Shown here: positions 23,936 through 34,394 of the stretch, in pieces
How the letters are laid out: each line of letters opens with the position of its first letter
Position numbering within the stretch: position 1 is the first letter of the stretch
DNA from: Octopus bimaculoides
Lineage: Eukaryota
Assembly: GCF_001194135.2 (NCBI RefSeq)
Contig: NC_068982.1
Location: 26,053,687-26,088,080 of the forward strand
DNA length: 34,394 nt
Direction of reading: 5' to 3'
Program-made: the position numbers and the translations under genes
The notes under the pieces: generated by a model
The model's database searches: none
Told to the model about the DNA's origin: nothing
What the model saw: the letters and a program-made list of their open reading frames with translations, nothing else

Positions 23936-23981
<46 letters not shown>

Positions 23982-24312
23982 GTTTTATTCGAAACTTTTT
24001 GTTTTACTTTTCTTTTTGGTTTAACACAATTTAGTAGGTCGGCAAATCACATTGGCACAAATACACACACACTCACACATATGCACACACACAAAGCTCT
24101 CTTTTGAGCATTCTGTGAGTGTGTTTCCTTTTAGGAATTGTTTGAATAATAATAACGGGACAAGTTTACCAAACATATAGCTAAGTATCCAGGAATGTTT
24201 GAGTAAGTTAAAAAGCGACAGACTTATATTTATAGAGAACGTGGAGTAATAGTCTTCTGGGAGATGGTGATGAAAAAATCTGCTATCATCTTTATGCATA
24301 AAACATAGAGTG

Positions 24313-24316
<4 letters not shown>

Positions 24317-24362
<46 letters not shown>

Positions 24363-24380
24363 CGCGTGCGTGTGTGTGTA
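24317..24380. repeat. (TG)n-(CG)n microsatellite
   Basis: Direct reading. Confidence 0.95.
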
Positions 24381-24492
24381 TGTGTGATGCGTATGTTCCT
24401 TATGGATTCGAAAATTAAGTGATATGCCGTGTATTAAAAATATCAACATGATTAAAGTGCATAATGCTCAATGCATGTATTAGACTTCATAC

Positions 24493-24633
24493 TTATTCCA
24501 CTATCGTCACTAATACTATTTTCAGTAACACCCAAACGAAAGCAAACATCGATTTTCCGAAACCTTTGGTTGCCAAGCCTTTCCGGATTACTGATACTTC
24601 TGAACCAGGAGTGGGCACCTTGGTTAACATACT
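24493..24633 (-). CDS. Candidate upstream exon (phase 1-1), possibly N-terminal to the Ig domain
   Basis: Acceptor tttgcttaatttag|AG and donor A|GTATGA. The 141 nt exon is open: xYVNQGAHSWFRSISNPERLGNQRFRKIDVCFRLGVTENSISDDSGI. It ends in phase 1, as the 10100 exon requires. No homology recognised. Confidence 0.22.
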   Translation of the reverse strand, partial: SMLTKVPTPGSEVSVIRKGLATKGFGKSMFAFVWVLLKIVLVTIVE

Positions 24634-25084
24634 CTAAATTAAGCAAATATCATATTTACTTAAATAATCAAATGAAATACATGTTCCTGTACATTAGTAA
24701 GCTACAACGACACACACACGCAAGCACACACACAAGCACACACACATTCAGAAATACACACGTGTGTATATGTGTGTGTGTCTGTATGTGGGTGGTTGTT
24801 TCTGTGCATGCGTCGGATTTTTCGTTTTTTCTTTTTCTTCTTTTTTCTTTCCCTTCTCTCTTTGTTGTTTTCTCCCATTTGTATTAATAGTAATATAATC
24901 ATGTAATTATATATTAGTATTTCATGATAACCCATACCTTGTTATTTTCTGATAACATACTTTATCCTATGATTACATACTTGGGTCATTTTGCGAACGT
25001 CTCCCCTCCACTCCTTGCCTCCTTCTATCACTTTTCCTCCTCCTCTTCCTTTCTGTCCCATTGATGCTTTATTGTTGTTTTACT

Positions 25085-25086
25085 TC

Positions 25087-25166
<80 letters not shown>
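25085..25166. repeat. (TTA)n microsatellite
   Basis: Direct reading. Confidence 0.97.
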
Positions 25167-25168
<2 letters not shown>

Positions 25169-26949
25169 ATTATTTCTTTGCACTTGATTTTTATGCTAAT
25201 TAAGTTCTGTTAATATGTCCTGATCTTAAGCTACAGCAAGCATTTGTTGCCGAACATATGATTGACACATAGATACAACACATACAGACACATATGCAAA
25301 GATAAGTAAATAAATAAAAGGAAAGAGAGGGGATGGGAGTTAAAGTAGAGAGAGAGAGGGAGAGAGATAGAGAGAGAGAGAAAATGCAAAAAGTAATCTC
25401 ATATATACATATATAGATACACACACATTGATACATATACAATTTATTTATAGTTTTTGATTGCACTCAAATACGCCCAAAATATACTAAACGATCAATC
25501 AGCGATGATCTATGAGCTTCTTAAGGGCGCCTAACTTAACGAAATTGGCAGCCAAATATCCCTTAAATCACAGCATGGCATCGCATACCGTCCTAAACTA
25601 GCCATTCATAATACCATTTCTAGTCAACTAGAAAATCTGTACATCATCACTTAATTTACACATAACATGAAATTTAGAGGTGTGATCCTGTGTACAGTGT
25701 CTTAGAGAAATGATAGAATTATCAAGGTTTGGGATACATTTAGATATAGAGATGACTTGGGTTAAACGACAGTCAGCTGGTTAATATGTGAGGGTTTTGT
25801 TAATGAGACTATTATTGTATAAAATAGGATTGGAAGTAGGTATGGCTTGTACAGGAATGCGCGCGTGCACGCGCGCATATGAACGGTTTAACACTGTCAC
25901 ATGCCGCCGGTGGTTTTACAGCCAGATTTTGAGGTACATCGATGGTCTGTCGATAACTTCCTCTCCTTCACTAAGCCAGACATGGAAGCACTGAAAAGTG
26001 TCACAGGCAGTATAAACCTTTAAAATTATAACTTAAATCCCTATATCTGAAGAAAAATATTATCCAAGCTACGTTGGATAATATGCTAAAAAATATGGCT
26101 TGAACATTTTTGGTAATTAATTTGCTCAAATATATAGCGTAAGTTATATTAACAGATCGAGCAGAACTATGATAAAAAAATTACCCAGTCATAACTATCT
26201 CATCTTTGTTTCAACCATTGTCTATCTAGGTCTACATTATTTAACTTCTTTTTTTAAAAAAAGATAGGTGCAATTTTAAAGAAATGTTGCTACTAGCCAT
26301 AGCAAAAATGTAGAAGCTTCTTTGCGGGGTTGACACATAATTATTTTGGAGTAAAGTGCAGTAGGCAAGTGACTTCTGTTTCTAAATTTCCATCTAAAAC
26401 AACTAATACAAGATAACATGATTATATAATCTTTACTAGCTTGAACTATCGAAAACGTGTTGGAGGAATTTTGTGCCAAAAGAAACAAGTGTTTGGAATA
26501 CATCCATACCAGATTTTTATCAAGAGAGTAAATATTGTTTTATGTATTCGGAGTAAAATAAAATTATTTTAGAACGTATTCAAGGTTATTTCCGATTATA
26601 AACCATACCTCACATTAACACGTTCGCACATCCACAGACAGACATTCGTATATATTCACAAACAAGTATGCAGGTCATAAACGCGCCTATGCCTATCGTA
26701 CATGAGAATTGTTTTTCACTGAAGACAACGAAATGTTTATTTTATTAAATGTAGTTTTAGATTCTTGGGAGATAGCGATATCAACGTGACATAAAGCTTC
26801 ACAGATATGTAAATGCATATGTTCATACATTTTGTATGTACGTATCTAGGTATGTATGTACGTACGTATGTGTGTAAATGTATGTATGTGTGTATGTATG
26901 CATGTATCTTCGTACGTATATTCATATATTATATATACATGTGTGAATA

Positions 26950-27253
26950 GCTTAGTGAATAGGGCATTCGGTCCACGATCATAAGGTCTTGAATTCATGA
27001 CGCGTTGTGTCCTTGAGCAAGACACTTTATTTCACGTTGCTCCAGTCCACTCAGCTGACAAAAGTGAGTAGTACTTGTATTTCAGAATGGGCCAGCTTTG
27101 TCCCATTCTGTGTCACACTGAAATTCCCAGTGAACTACGTTACGAGTACGTGTGTCTGTGGAGTGCCCAGCTACTTGCACGTTAATTTCACTTGCAAGCA
27201 GTTCCGTTGATAGGATCAACTGGAACCCTCGTCGTTGTAACCGACAGAGTGCC
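26950..27253 (+). mobile_element. tRNA-derived SINE
   Basis: Eroded head. The central TTGAGCAAGACACTTTATTTCACGTTGCTCCAGTCCACTCAG is shared with the 27349 copy, and the 3' tail is shared with the 7955 copy. Confidence 0.8.
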
Positions 27254-27348
27254 AGTATATATAAATGTACATATGCATATAAGTACCCGCATGTATACAT
27301 ATATATGCATACATATATACATTTATTTATGTTTGTACATGTTTATAC

Positions 27349-27590
27349 GGTGGAGGCGCGTGGCTTAGTGGTTAGTGTGTTGGACTTGTGATTTCGATTC
27401 CTGGACCGAGTGACGCGTTGTGTTCTTAAGCAAAACACTTTATTTCACGTTGCGTCAGTCCACTCAGATGGTAAAAATGAGTAATCCTGCGACAGACCGG
27501 CGTCCCATCCAGGTGGGGAATATATACACCATTGAAACCGGGAAACCGGCCTTCATGAGCCTGACATGGCTCGAAGAGGAAACATCTACT
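27349..27590 (+). mobile_element. tRNA-derived SINE
   Basis: Head GGTGGAGGCGCGTGGCTTAGTGGTTAG..TTCGATTCC. Central domain shared with the 26950 copy; different 3' tail. Confidence 0.8.
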
Positions 27591-27615
27591 TATTTTTATA
27601 TATACATATATGCAC

Positions 27616-27658
<43 letters not shown>

Positions 27659-28176
27659 TTAATATATTTGTAAGTACACACATCACGACCATAGATATAC
27701 GAGTGTGTGTGCGTGTGTGTAAAAAGCAAATACAAACATTGCAAACGTCTAGTTTACAAATCTAATTTTGAATTGAAATTACGTAGATTGTAATTAGTTT
27801 TTGTTTTTTTCCGATTTCGAAGCAATTGTTTTAATAAAGTTAACATACTCGGGGAAAATTTAAAGCCAAAACTATTGAATAAATACAAAATCATTTCATT
27901 CATGAAATTATTTGACTGAAAATTGTTCATATACGTGCGGCTTAAAATAATATACGCACACTCATACACACATAAGCTCACTATATGCTGTTTATTGAAA
28001 CACAATTTTTATCTTCAACTCTAGTTTTATACCACTCCGATTTTAGGACGAGAACGATCTGGCTTGGAGATCGTAGTAGCCAGAAACTCGAATCGCGGAA
28101 GAAAACTTCAGCTTAAACTATATACTCCTCTACCATTCGTTTGACACAGTTCAATGATCATATGTGTTTGGGTTTG

Positions 28177-28177
<1 letters not shown>

Positions 28178-28262
<85 letters not shown>
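28178..28262. repeat. (TATC)n-(TA)n microsatellite
   Basis: Direct reading. Confidence 0.97.
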
Positions 28263-28263
<1 letters not shown>

Positions 28264-28308
28264 GTCTCCTATTTATATATATTTATAATATGCGTATATA
28301 AAATACAT

Positions 28309-28350
28309 NNNNNNNNNNNNNNNNNNNNNNNNNNNNNNNNNNNNNNNNNN
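28309..28350. other. Assembly gap (42 N)
   Basis: Run of n. Confidence 1.
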
Positions 28351-28479
28351 TATATATATATATATATTACCATTTAAGTTAATATTTCTCCATGAGTTGA
28401 CAAGTTTCTATAGAAAAATGGAAACGAATCATATCACTTGTGGGACAATGGCATGAATTTAGAACTATTGCGAAATAGT

Positions 28480-28590
28480 CGTAAGTATGGTTGGCCAGTC
28501 GCTTTACAGAAGACACTTACCCACGCCGTTGGACTGAACCCGAATCCACATGTTTAGGAAGGGATCTTACCGCCACGCCTGCATCACAAA
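28480..28590 (-). mobile_element. 5' portion of the same SINE family as 12504-12882
   Basis: GCAGGCGTGGCGGTAAG..CGGGTTCAGTCC..GTAAGTGTCTTCT aligns with the head of the 12504-12882 copy. Confidence 0.65.
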
Positions 28591-28601
28591 CACACACACA
28601 C

Positions 28602-28642
28602 ATACATACGTACATACATACATACATACATACATACATACA

Positions 28643-28672
<30 letters not shown>
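28602..28672. repeat. (TACA)n microsatellite
   Basis: Direct reading. Confidence 0.97.
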
Positions 28673-28674
<2 letters not shown>

Positions 28675-29297
28675 ATATACAAACATACATGCATACACAC
28701 ATAGATATAAATCTATAAGCCCATATGTGAACTCACTCACATATTCTCATATACAGTTTTATCCTTTGTCGCTGTTTCATTGGTATTCCTCTCATTAGAA
28801 CAATTTTGCAGTCTGCATCATGATATCTGACTCTCAATGAAATCTGAACCAGCCCCACTTGTATGTGTTTACTCGAAGTATTGTTGGTTTATCCACAATC
28901 TTGTACCAAATCTCGTGCAATATAGTACAAAAAGTCTCTACAACAATTCCATCGAGGTATCGTATGTAATTTGGGACTAAATTGCACAATGGGGCGTTCC
29001 TGAACATATACAACTAACTATTGAAATATTTGTTCATATCAGATTTGTATCACAGTTTATTGTTTAACTTTTAATTCCTTCATTCTTTTACTGATGTCTG
29101 TCATTAGACTGAAGTTATGATGGATAGCGACATATCAGCTTTAGAATTGTTTTATCCGATTAGATCGACCCCAGTAAGCTATTTTATCGATCTTTGTAAA
29201 GAAAGAATGAAAGGTAAGATTGAAGTTGGTATAAAGGAGAATAATAGAATTGGAACCAAATGCCACAACATCATTTTGTTCCATGCAACATTTCTGC

Positions 29298-29364
29298 TAT
29301 GTATGTATGTATGTATGTATGTATGTATGTATGTATGTATGTATGTATGTATGTATGTATGTAT
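29298..29364. repeat. (TATG)n microsatellite at the 3' end of the R4-like array
   Basis: Direct reading; it is (TACA)n on the element's sense strand. Confidence 0.98.
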
Positions 29365-29466
29365 ACGTGCAGATTTGTATGTCTTGTTTTATGTGTGTCT
29401 TCTCATGTATATACTTGCATATCTAGATATGCTCATATATACTTAAATGATAAACTTCTCGAAAGT
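29362..29466 (-). mobile_element. Extra copy of the last codons and 3' UTR of the same R4-like family
   Basis: Encodes TFEKFII* plus the UTR. About 16 mismatches in 105 nt against 29474-29578 (period 112 bp). Ends in the long (TACA)n tract at 29298-29364. Confidence 0.85.
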
Positions 29467-31885
29467 ATGTATGTATATGTGCAGATCTGTATGTTTTGTT
29501 TTATGTATGTCTTCCCATGCATATGCTTGCATATGTGTACGTGCTCATACATACGGAAATGATAAACTTCTGGAAAGTTATACATATTTTTCCAGTTCCA
29601 GTGACGGCTTGCATCTGTAGTCTTCAAATTAGCTTTCTCTTTTCTGGTTTTGAGAAGCCTAATTTCTCAAGATTGGTATTTAGGCAGTGTGATACATATC
29701 CCAGTACCTCAATAATTACAGATATAAACCTGAACTTTTAATCTGGGTAACGTAACTGCGGATTTCTCAATAGCTCAGCGTAGTTATTCTCTTTTTCACT
29801 GATCTTCAGCTTTCTGTTAACATCCACCGGGCAGCTGATTTCCACAACTGTACACAGTTTCTCTTCCCAATCCCAAATCATTATGTCAGGTCTATTGTGT
29901 TTACATTTTATTGAGGTTTTCACTGGGACATTCCACCAGTACTACTTTTTATTATGAGTGTCTATGGCTTCCACCATACTGTGGGTTTTTATTTCTTTGT
30001 CCTCAGGGATATCCATTCGACGGATCTCGTTATGCAGTTCGCTAGCTACAATATCATGTCTCATCGGTAGAAAATACCATGATGACATTTTCAAACAACT
30101 GCTTATGATGTGAGTGATATCTTCGGTGTTAACTTCACAAAGTCTGCATCGGTCGTCTGTCACATTTTACTGCATCTCTGTCTCTTTTGTGCACCAGGTA
30201 TTTGATTGATATTTCCTGTTCCTGGATTGCAAAAGCTTACCCTTCAAAGTAAGAGGTAGTAATCGGGTTTGTCCCTGATAAGCTGCTTTGATGATCAATG
30301 CTACTATCATCTCGGAGCTTTCTACTAACATATCCATGCATAGTCTTCTGCTGATATACGCTCATCCTTTTGTTTGTTGATATGTTGCGGTAGAGTCGTG
30401 CGACTTCTTTGGGCATGTAATTAAGGTTATCAGACAAAGATCAGACAAGGAATACCGCTCAAGGAGCTACCTTCCAAGTCTTATGATGTTATCAGTCTCA
30501 TTCATACAAACATTGATCAAGGGATGCACTTCGACATTTGGTGGTTAAAAGATGTTGCCGAAGGGATATTATACGACATTGAAAGGCAGTTTGGATTGAT
30601 GTTAAGCCTCTGCCGCTTTCTTTGAGTTTTAAATAGAGACAGTCTACGTCACTGTTGATGTGGAAATTATGTGTGCATGTTAGTATCTTCCAGGTTTTCA
30701 CATCAATGGCTCGGATCTCATCAAGCGTCCAATCAAGTAGCCTAAATGTTGGTATGAGTACTGGCACTGCAAATACATTGCGGGCTACTGTTTTATTGAA
30801 TGCAGAGAGTTCCGAGGTCCAAATTTTTTTAGTCGGCAATAATATTCTTTTGTGACATGTGTTTTGTTACAGGTGCCATTGTAAGATATGTTTTCATCCA
30901 CCCCTATTTATCTGTAACATACTTCATCAAATATAGGAGAAACAGTCAAGTCATTGATGGAGATGTTGCAGGTCTGGTTTACAGTTTTGCCTCTTTTCAT
31001 CACCATATAACAACATCTATCGTTATCGAACTCCAACCCTATATCCTTTGAGAATGTAACCAGGTCAAAGCTCTTTTTCGTTTTGTGCATATTCTTTGCA
31101 TGTAGTTTCAAGTCATCAACAAAAACTGTAATTTTGGTATTTCTGTTTCCTTGTGAACCAGTGAAATATCCTTCAGACTTCCTTAACATGAACGACATGG
31201 GATTTACAGAAAGTATAAACAACATCACAGAGAGATATGCCTCTGCGATACTGTATTCTATAAGTGATAATACAATCACTCTTTATCTTTAATTTTAAAA
31301 TGGTGGCCCACGATGAAGTCAGGTCAGCTATGTCTTTGACTATGTTCATTGGAACTTTATCAAGGTGAAGTGCTTCTAGCATCCATGAATAGGAAACAGA
31401 GTCCAAGGCTTTCTTGTAGTCTATCCACGTTAAAACTAGGTTCCTTCTATGCTCCCATACCTCTGATATTACATTTTTGATTATTAACAATTGCTCAGCA
31501 CAATCACAGACTCCTTCTTCTCAGCTGCTTGTTCTGCTGTGATGATGTTAATGCTTTCACAATGGTCTTAGAAGAAGAGGTTTAAACATGCTGTATATAT
31601 ATCTTATACATTAGGTTCTTTCATGCAATTGGCCGGTAGTGTTTTGCCATGTAGCTGATTCTGCATTTGGGATCAGTTTTGTCTTTGCCAGAGCTAACCA
31701 GTGTGGTATGATAATGTTCCTACTGAGAGTTTGCTGGTACAGGCTCATAAGATATGGTCGGTAGAATGTTAGCTTCTTATATCAATATCTAACAATCAAG
31801 TCTTTTCCAGGCGATTTTCCATCCTGAAATCTCTGGATCATAGTTACAACGTTACCACCATCAATATTGTATGTCTTGGATGTAA
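29467..31885 (-). mobile_element. 5'-truncated non-LTR retrotransposon with restriction-like endonuclease, R4/Dong-like, degenerate
   Basis: Minus-strand motifs in order: KSPGKD, YRPIA, WIDYKKALDSV, FVDDLKL, HINSDVDCLYL..SGRGL, CCHC finger CRLC..HIISSC..RHD, RLE motif RPDI..EISCP.D.N..K, and C-terminus KIC(I)TFQKFII. A short 3' UTR follows and ends in TACATACATAC. The clade call is from memory. Confidence 0.88.
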
Positions 31886-31905
31886 TGCATGCACGTATGT
31901 ATGTA

Positions 31906-32400
31906 AGAATTTTCATTGAGTTTTATTTAAGTACTTCTTGAGAGCGTTGAAGCCGGTCACTAACAAAGCGACAAGACTTTTTGAGTTAAGAGAATTCCCT
32001 GTGTATGGTGAGTTAGTATGTTGGTTGAACTGTCAATACACACAGTCAAGTTTGTGCACCTGTTCCTATAAGAATCTCAGATGGAGAATTTTTGGAATGT
32101 CTTACAAATCTTCACTGATCCACTAACAAATTGGATTTAGAGAATCCGTGTCAGTTTCTTTAGCTCTTTCTTCGCAAAACTGAGTATTTCTAAGTTTTTA
32201 TGCAGGTTTGTTGGTATATAGCTCAATGTAACAATCATGATAGTTACAAATGAGAATTCCTAGTCAGGATACAAGAGCTGTAAGTTCTGCATTAATTCAT
32301 CATGAGTTTAAGGGCTCTTCACACACGTATCCTTAGTGTAACTTCAAGTAGAATCAGTCTGACAGAGTGAATGACAAAGTGAGACGTTTGAATTATATGT
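31906..32400 (-). mobile_element. 3' fragment of a second R4/Dong-like element with a different 3' UTR
   Basis: The minus frame reads HDELMQNLQLLYPD*EFSFVTIMIVTLSYIPTNLHKNLEILSFAKKELKKLTRIL*IQFVSGSVKICKTFQKFSI* (stop 32077-32079), homologous to the C-terminus of the neighbouring element. A 170-nt unrelated UTR follows, with AATAAA (31922-31927), ending in TACATACATAC. The 5' boundary is uncertain. Confidence 0.8.
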
Positions 32401-32631
32401 ACAATCCATCCAAAAGGCTTCCAAACAGTTTCTGCCTATACCATACACAAAGGTTGCATCAATCCGAGGCTAAAGTAAATGACACTTACTCAAAATGACA
32501 TGCTGTGATATCTCGGCTTAGCGAGATCTAACCTGAGTCCATACTCGCACACATGCATACATACGTAATAACAAGGTAAATAAGTAGCACACCCACACAC
32601 ATCTATAGGTATAAGATATATAATAACTTAC

Positions 32632-32713
32632 GCGGAGATCGAACGCGTTTGCTTCCAACTCGATTTTGTTGATACCAGTTTCTCCTAAAGGGACTTCTCT
32701 GTTTTTTGTAAAT
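32632..32713 (-). other. Candidate exon with strong splice sites and no ATG (possible 5' UTR exon)
   Basis: Acceptor tttaaatttttttttatag|AT and donor CGC|GTAAGT bound 82 nt. Same strand as the Ig gene. Confidence 0.3.
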
Positions 32714-33165
32714 CTATAAAAAAAATTTAAAAATTAAATAGCAACGTGGTATGTCATTCTCTCATTTATTTTTCAACTTCTTCGTTAATATGTTTTGTAG
32801 TAATTTATATAAAATACAAAGAGGAAAAGAACAATAATATTCCCCACTACGCATAAGTGATGGAAAGTGATGTTTATACCACAAATTTTGTGTCTTAATA
32901 AGAAAAAGTGGCATCGTTCCAACTAGTTTTCAGTCTTCTTATAGCTTTATCAGAGAAGGTATACTCATCCATACCAAATAAACAAGGACACAAACTCGGC
33001 TCGGAACAGTTAAACAGTAAACAACATACTGTAAAAAATCGAAGTTCGGTTTTTATAGTCATTTTAATTCATATCTTTGAGCTGAGGCAGAAATATATTA
33101 CTTATAGCATATTGATAGATAACATATAATTTCTATAATATATAGTATTAAAGAGATAATGTATG

Positions 33166-33205
<40 letters not shown>

Positions 33206-34149
33206 AGAGAAAAAGAGAGAGAGAGAGGAGAGAGAGAGAAAGAAAGAGAGATGATATTGCTGACATTGTAAACCCTGATCAAGAAATACAGTCGTGGTAA
33301 ATAAGTTACAAGGTGAGTTAATTTTCAAAATGAAAGACTGTACATATCTGTGATCTTGTGCAAGGTTTGCGAATTACTGGCAAGGTATTTACTTGTTCAT
33401 TTTGACGAAATAACCAAGTATCATAAATTCATGATTTTTGTATCAAGATATGTAACCAAATGCCACAAAATATATTGTACGACGTGGTATCAATTCTGCC
33501 AAGTACAACATTGTTGCATGATCTTGTAGAAATATCAGTCTTACATTAATATATTTTGATCTCAAATTTTACTCTATAAAGGAGAGCAGGAGATATAAAA
33601 CAATGTAGTCCCAGATATGCAATGCCCATGAGAAAGATGGGGTGCGCCTTTGTGTATAAGCCAATTCAATCAAATTTAACCCAGAGATGAAGAGCAACAA
33701 TTGCAGAATTAAAATCCATGTTCAGTATAGAATTGGCACATATTAAATATGGCATTATGAAATCTCAGCTTTTTTGTCCAAATAACAAAGGTATATTGTG
33801 ATATTCACATAAGACTTTTATGAGAAAGTTTGTTTTCCTGCAGAGAGAGTGCACGTACAGTAATCATGAACCTACAGATTACTGCTGGATGATGACAGGC
33901 CACTATTATCCCTAATCTTTGTTTTCACTCATTCTTTTTATCATCGAGTGTTTTATCAGGTGCTATATGTAAGCTGTTGAACACATGGTGATTTTGTGGC
34001 AAAAAGAGACTGCCACACATTCAGATATATATGCACAAACACATCAAATATTAAATACGTGACTTTGTATATATATATATATATATATAAGCAATGTTAA
34101 TTCTCTAAATGAAGTATTAACAGTAACTGCACGATAAAGTGTAGTATAT

Positions 34150-34330
34150 TGCCACTTAAGTGTGGCTGACCCCTAGGGGTGGATGTTACTGTTGCTTTTA
34201 GCCCCAGGAGGACATCTCCTCCAGCTGGCTTATCGACACACGACTGTGTCCTGTTTGCCAAGGGAGTTATCCCTCTCACCACGACCAGCAGCACGAACGT
34301 ATCCGGATTTCAGGGTTATTTCCCTTCTTC
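34150..34330. repeat. GC-richer segment resembling an interspersed repeat (possibly an RTE-type UTR)
   Basis: Abrupt compositional shift and a vague recollection of GGATGTTACTGTTGCTTTTAGCCCCAGG as an octopus repeat. No coding motif. Confidence 0.25.
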
Positions 34331-34394
34331 GGCGTTCGACAGCTGATGACCTTGGTGAGAGAGAAAAACCTGGCAAAATCTTATATCTTCTTTT

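Noticed and set aside
24471-24887. 138-aa plus-strand ORF with a signal-peptide-like start
   Set aside because: It runs into a (CA)n repeat, has no recognisable domain, and overlaps the minus-strand exon candidate.
33826-33970. Plus-strand acceptor gtttgttttcctgcag with downstream donor-like sites
   Set aside because: No sustained reading frame and no partner exon identified.

Overview
AT-rich, microsatellite-dense animal genomic DNA, probably an octopus or other coleoid cephalopod (inferred from SINE families recognised from memory and the microsatellite load). It has three assembly gaps (6211-6480, 19243-19440, 28309-28350) and no prokaryotic features. The only host gene I can support is on the minus strand: two frame-compatible exons (9958-10100 and 8730-8925) encode one complete Ig domain of the ImpL2/ZIG type. 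Neither a signal-peptide exon nor a second Ig domain was found. Several weaker candidate exons lie upstream and downstream. Decayed mobile DNA makes up much of the rest: a two-LTR Ty3/gypsy element (13741-17406) nested in a SINE tail, a second deleted gypsy relic, three mariner relics, an old LINE RT fragment, several tRNA-type SINEs, and a probable Penelope-like remnant with a hammerhead-like core. The most interesting signal is a head-to-tail run of three R4/Dong-like non-LTR retrotransposon 3' ends (about 29298-32400), each ending in (TACA)n, which suggests microsatellite-targeted insertion. All alignments and counts were made by eye. No database search was run, so novelty is not established.
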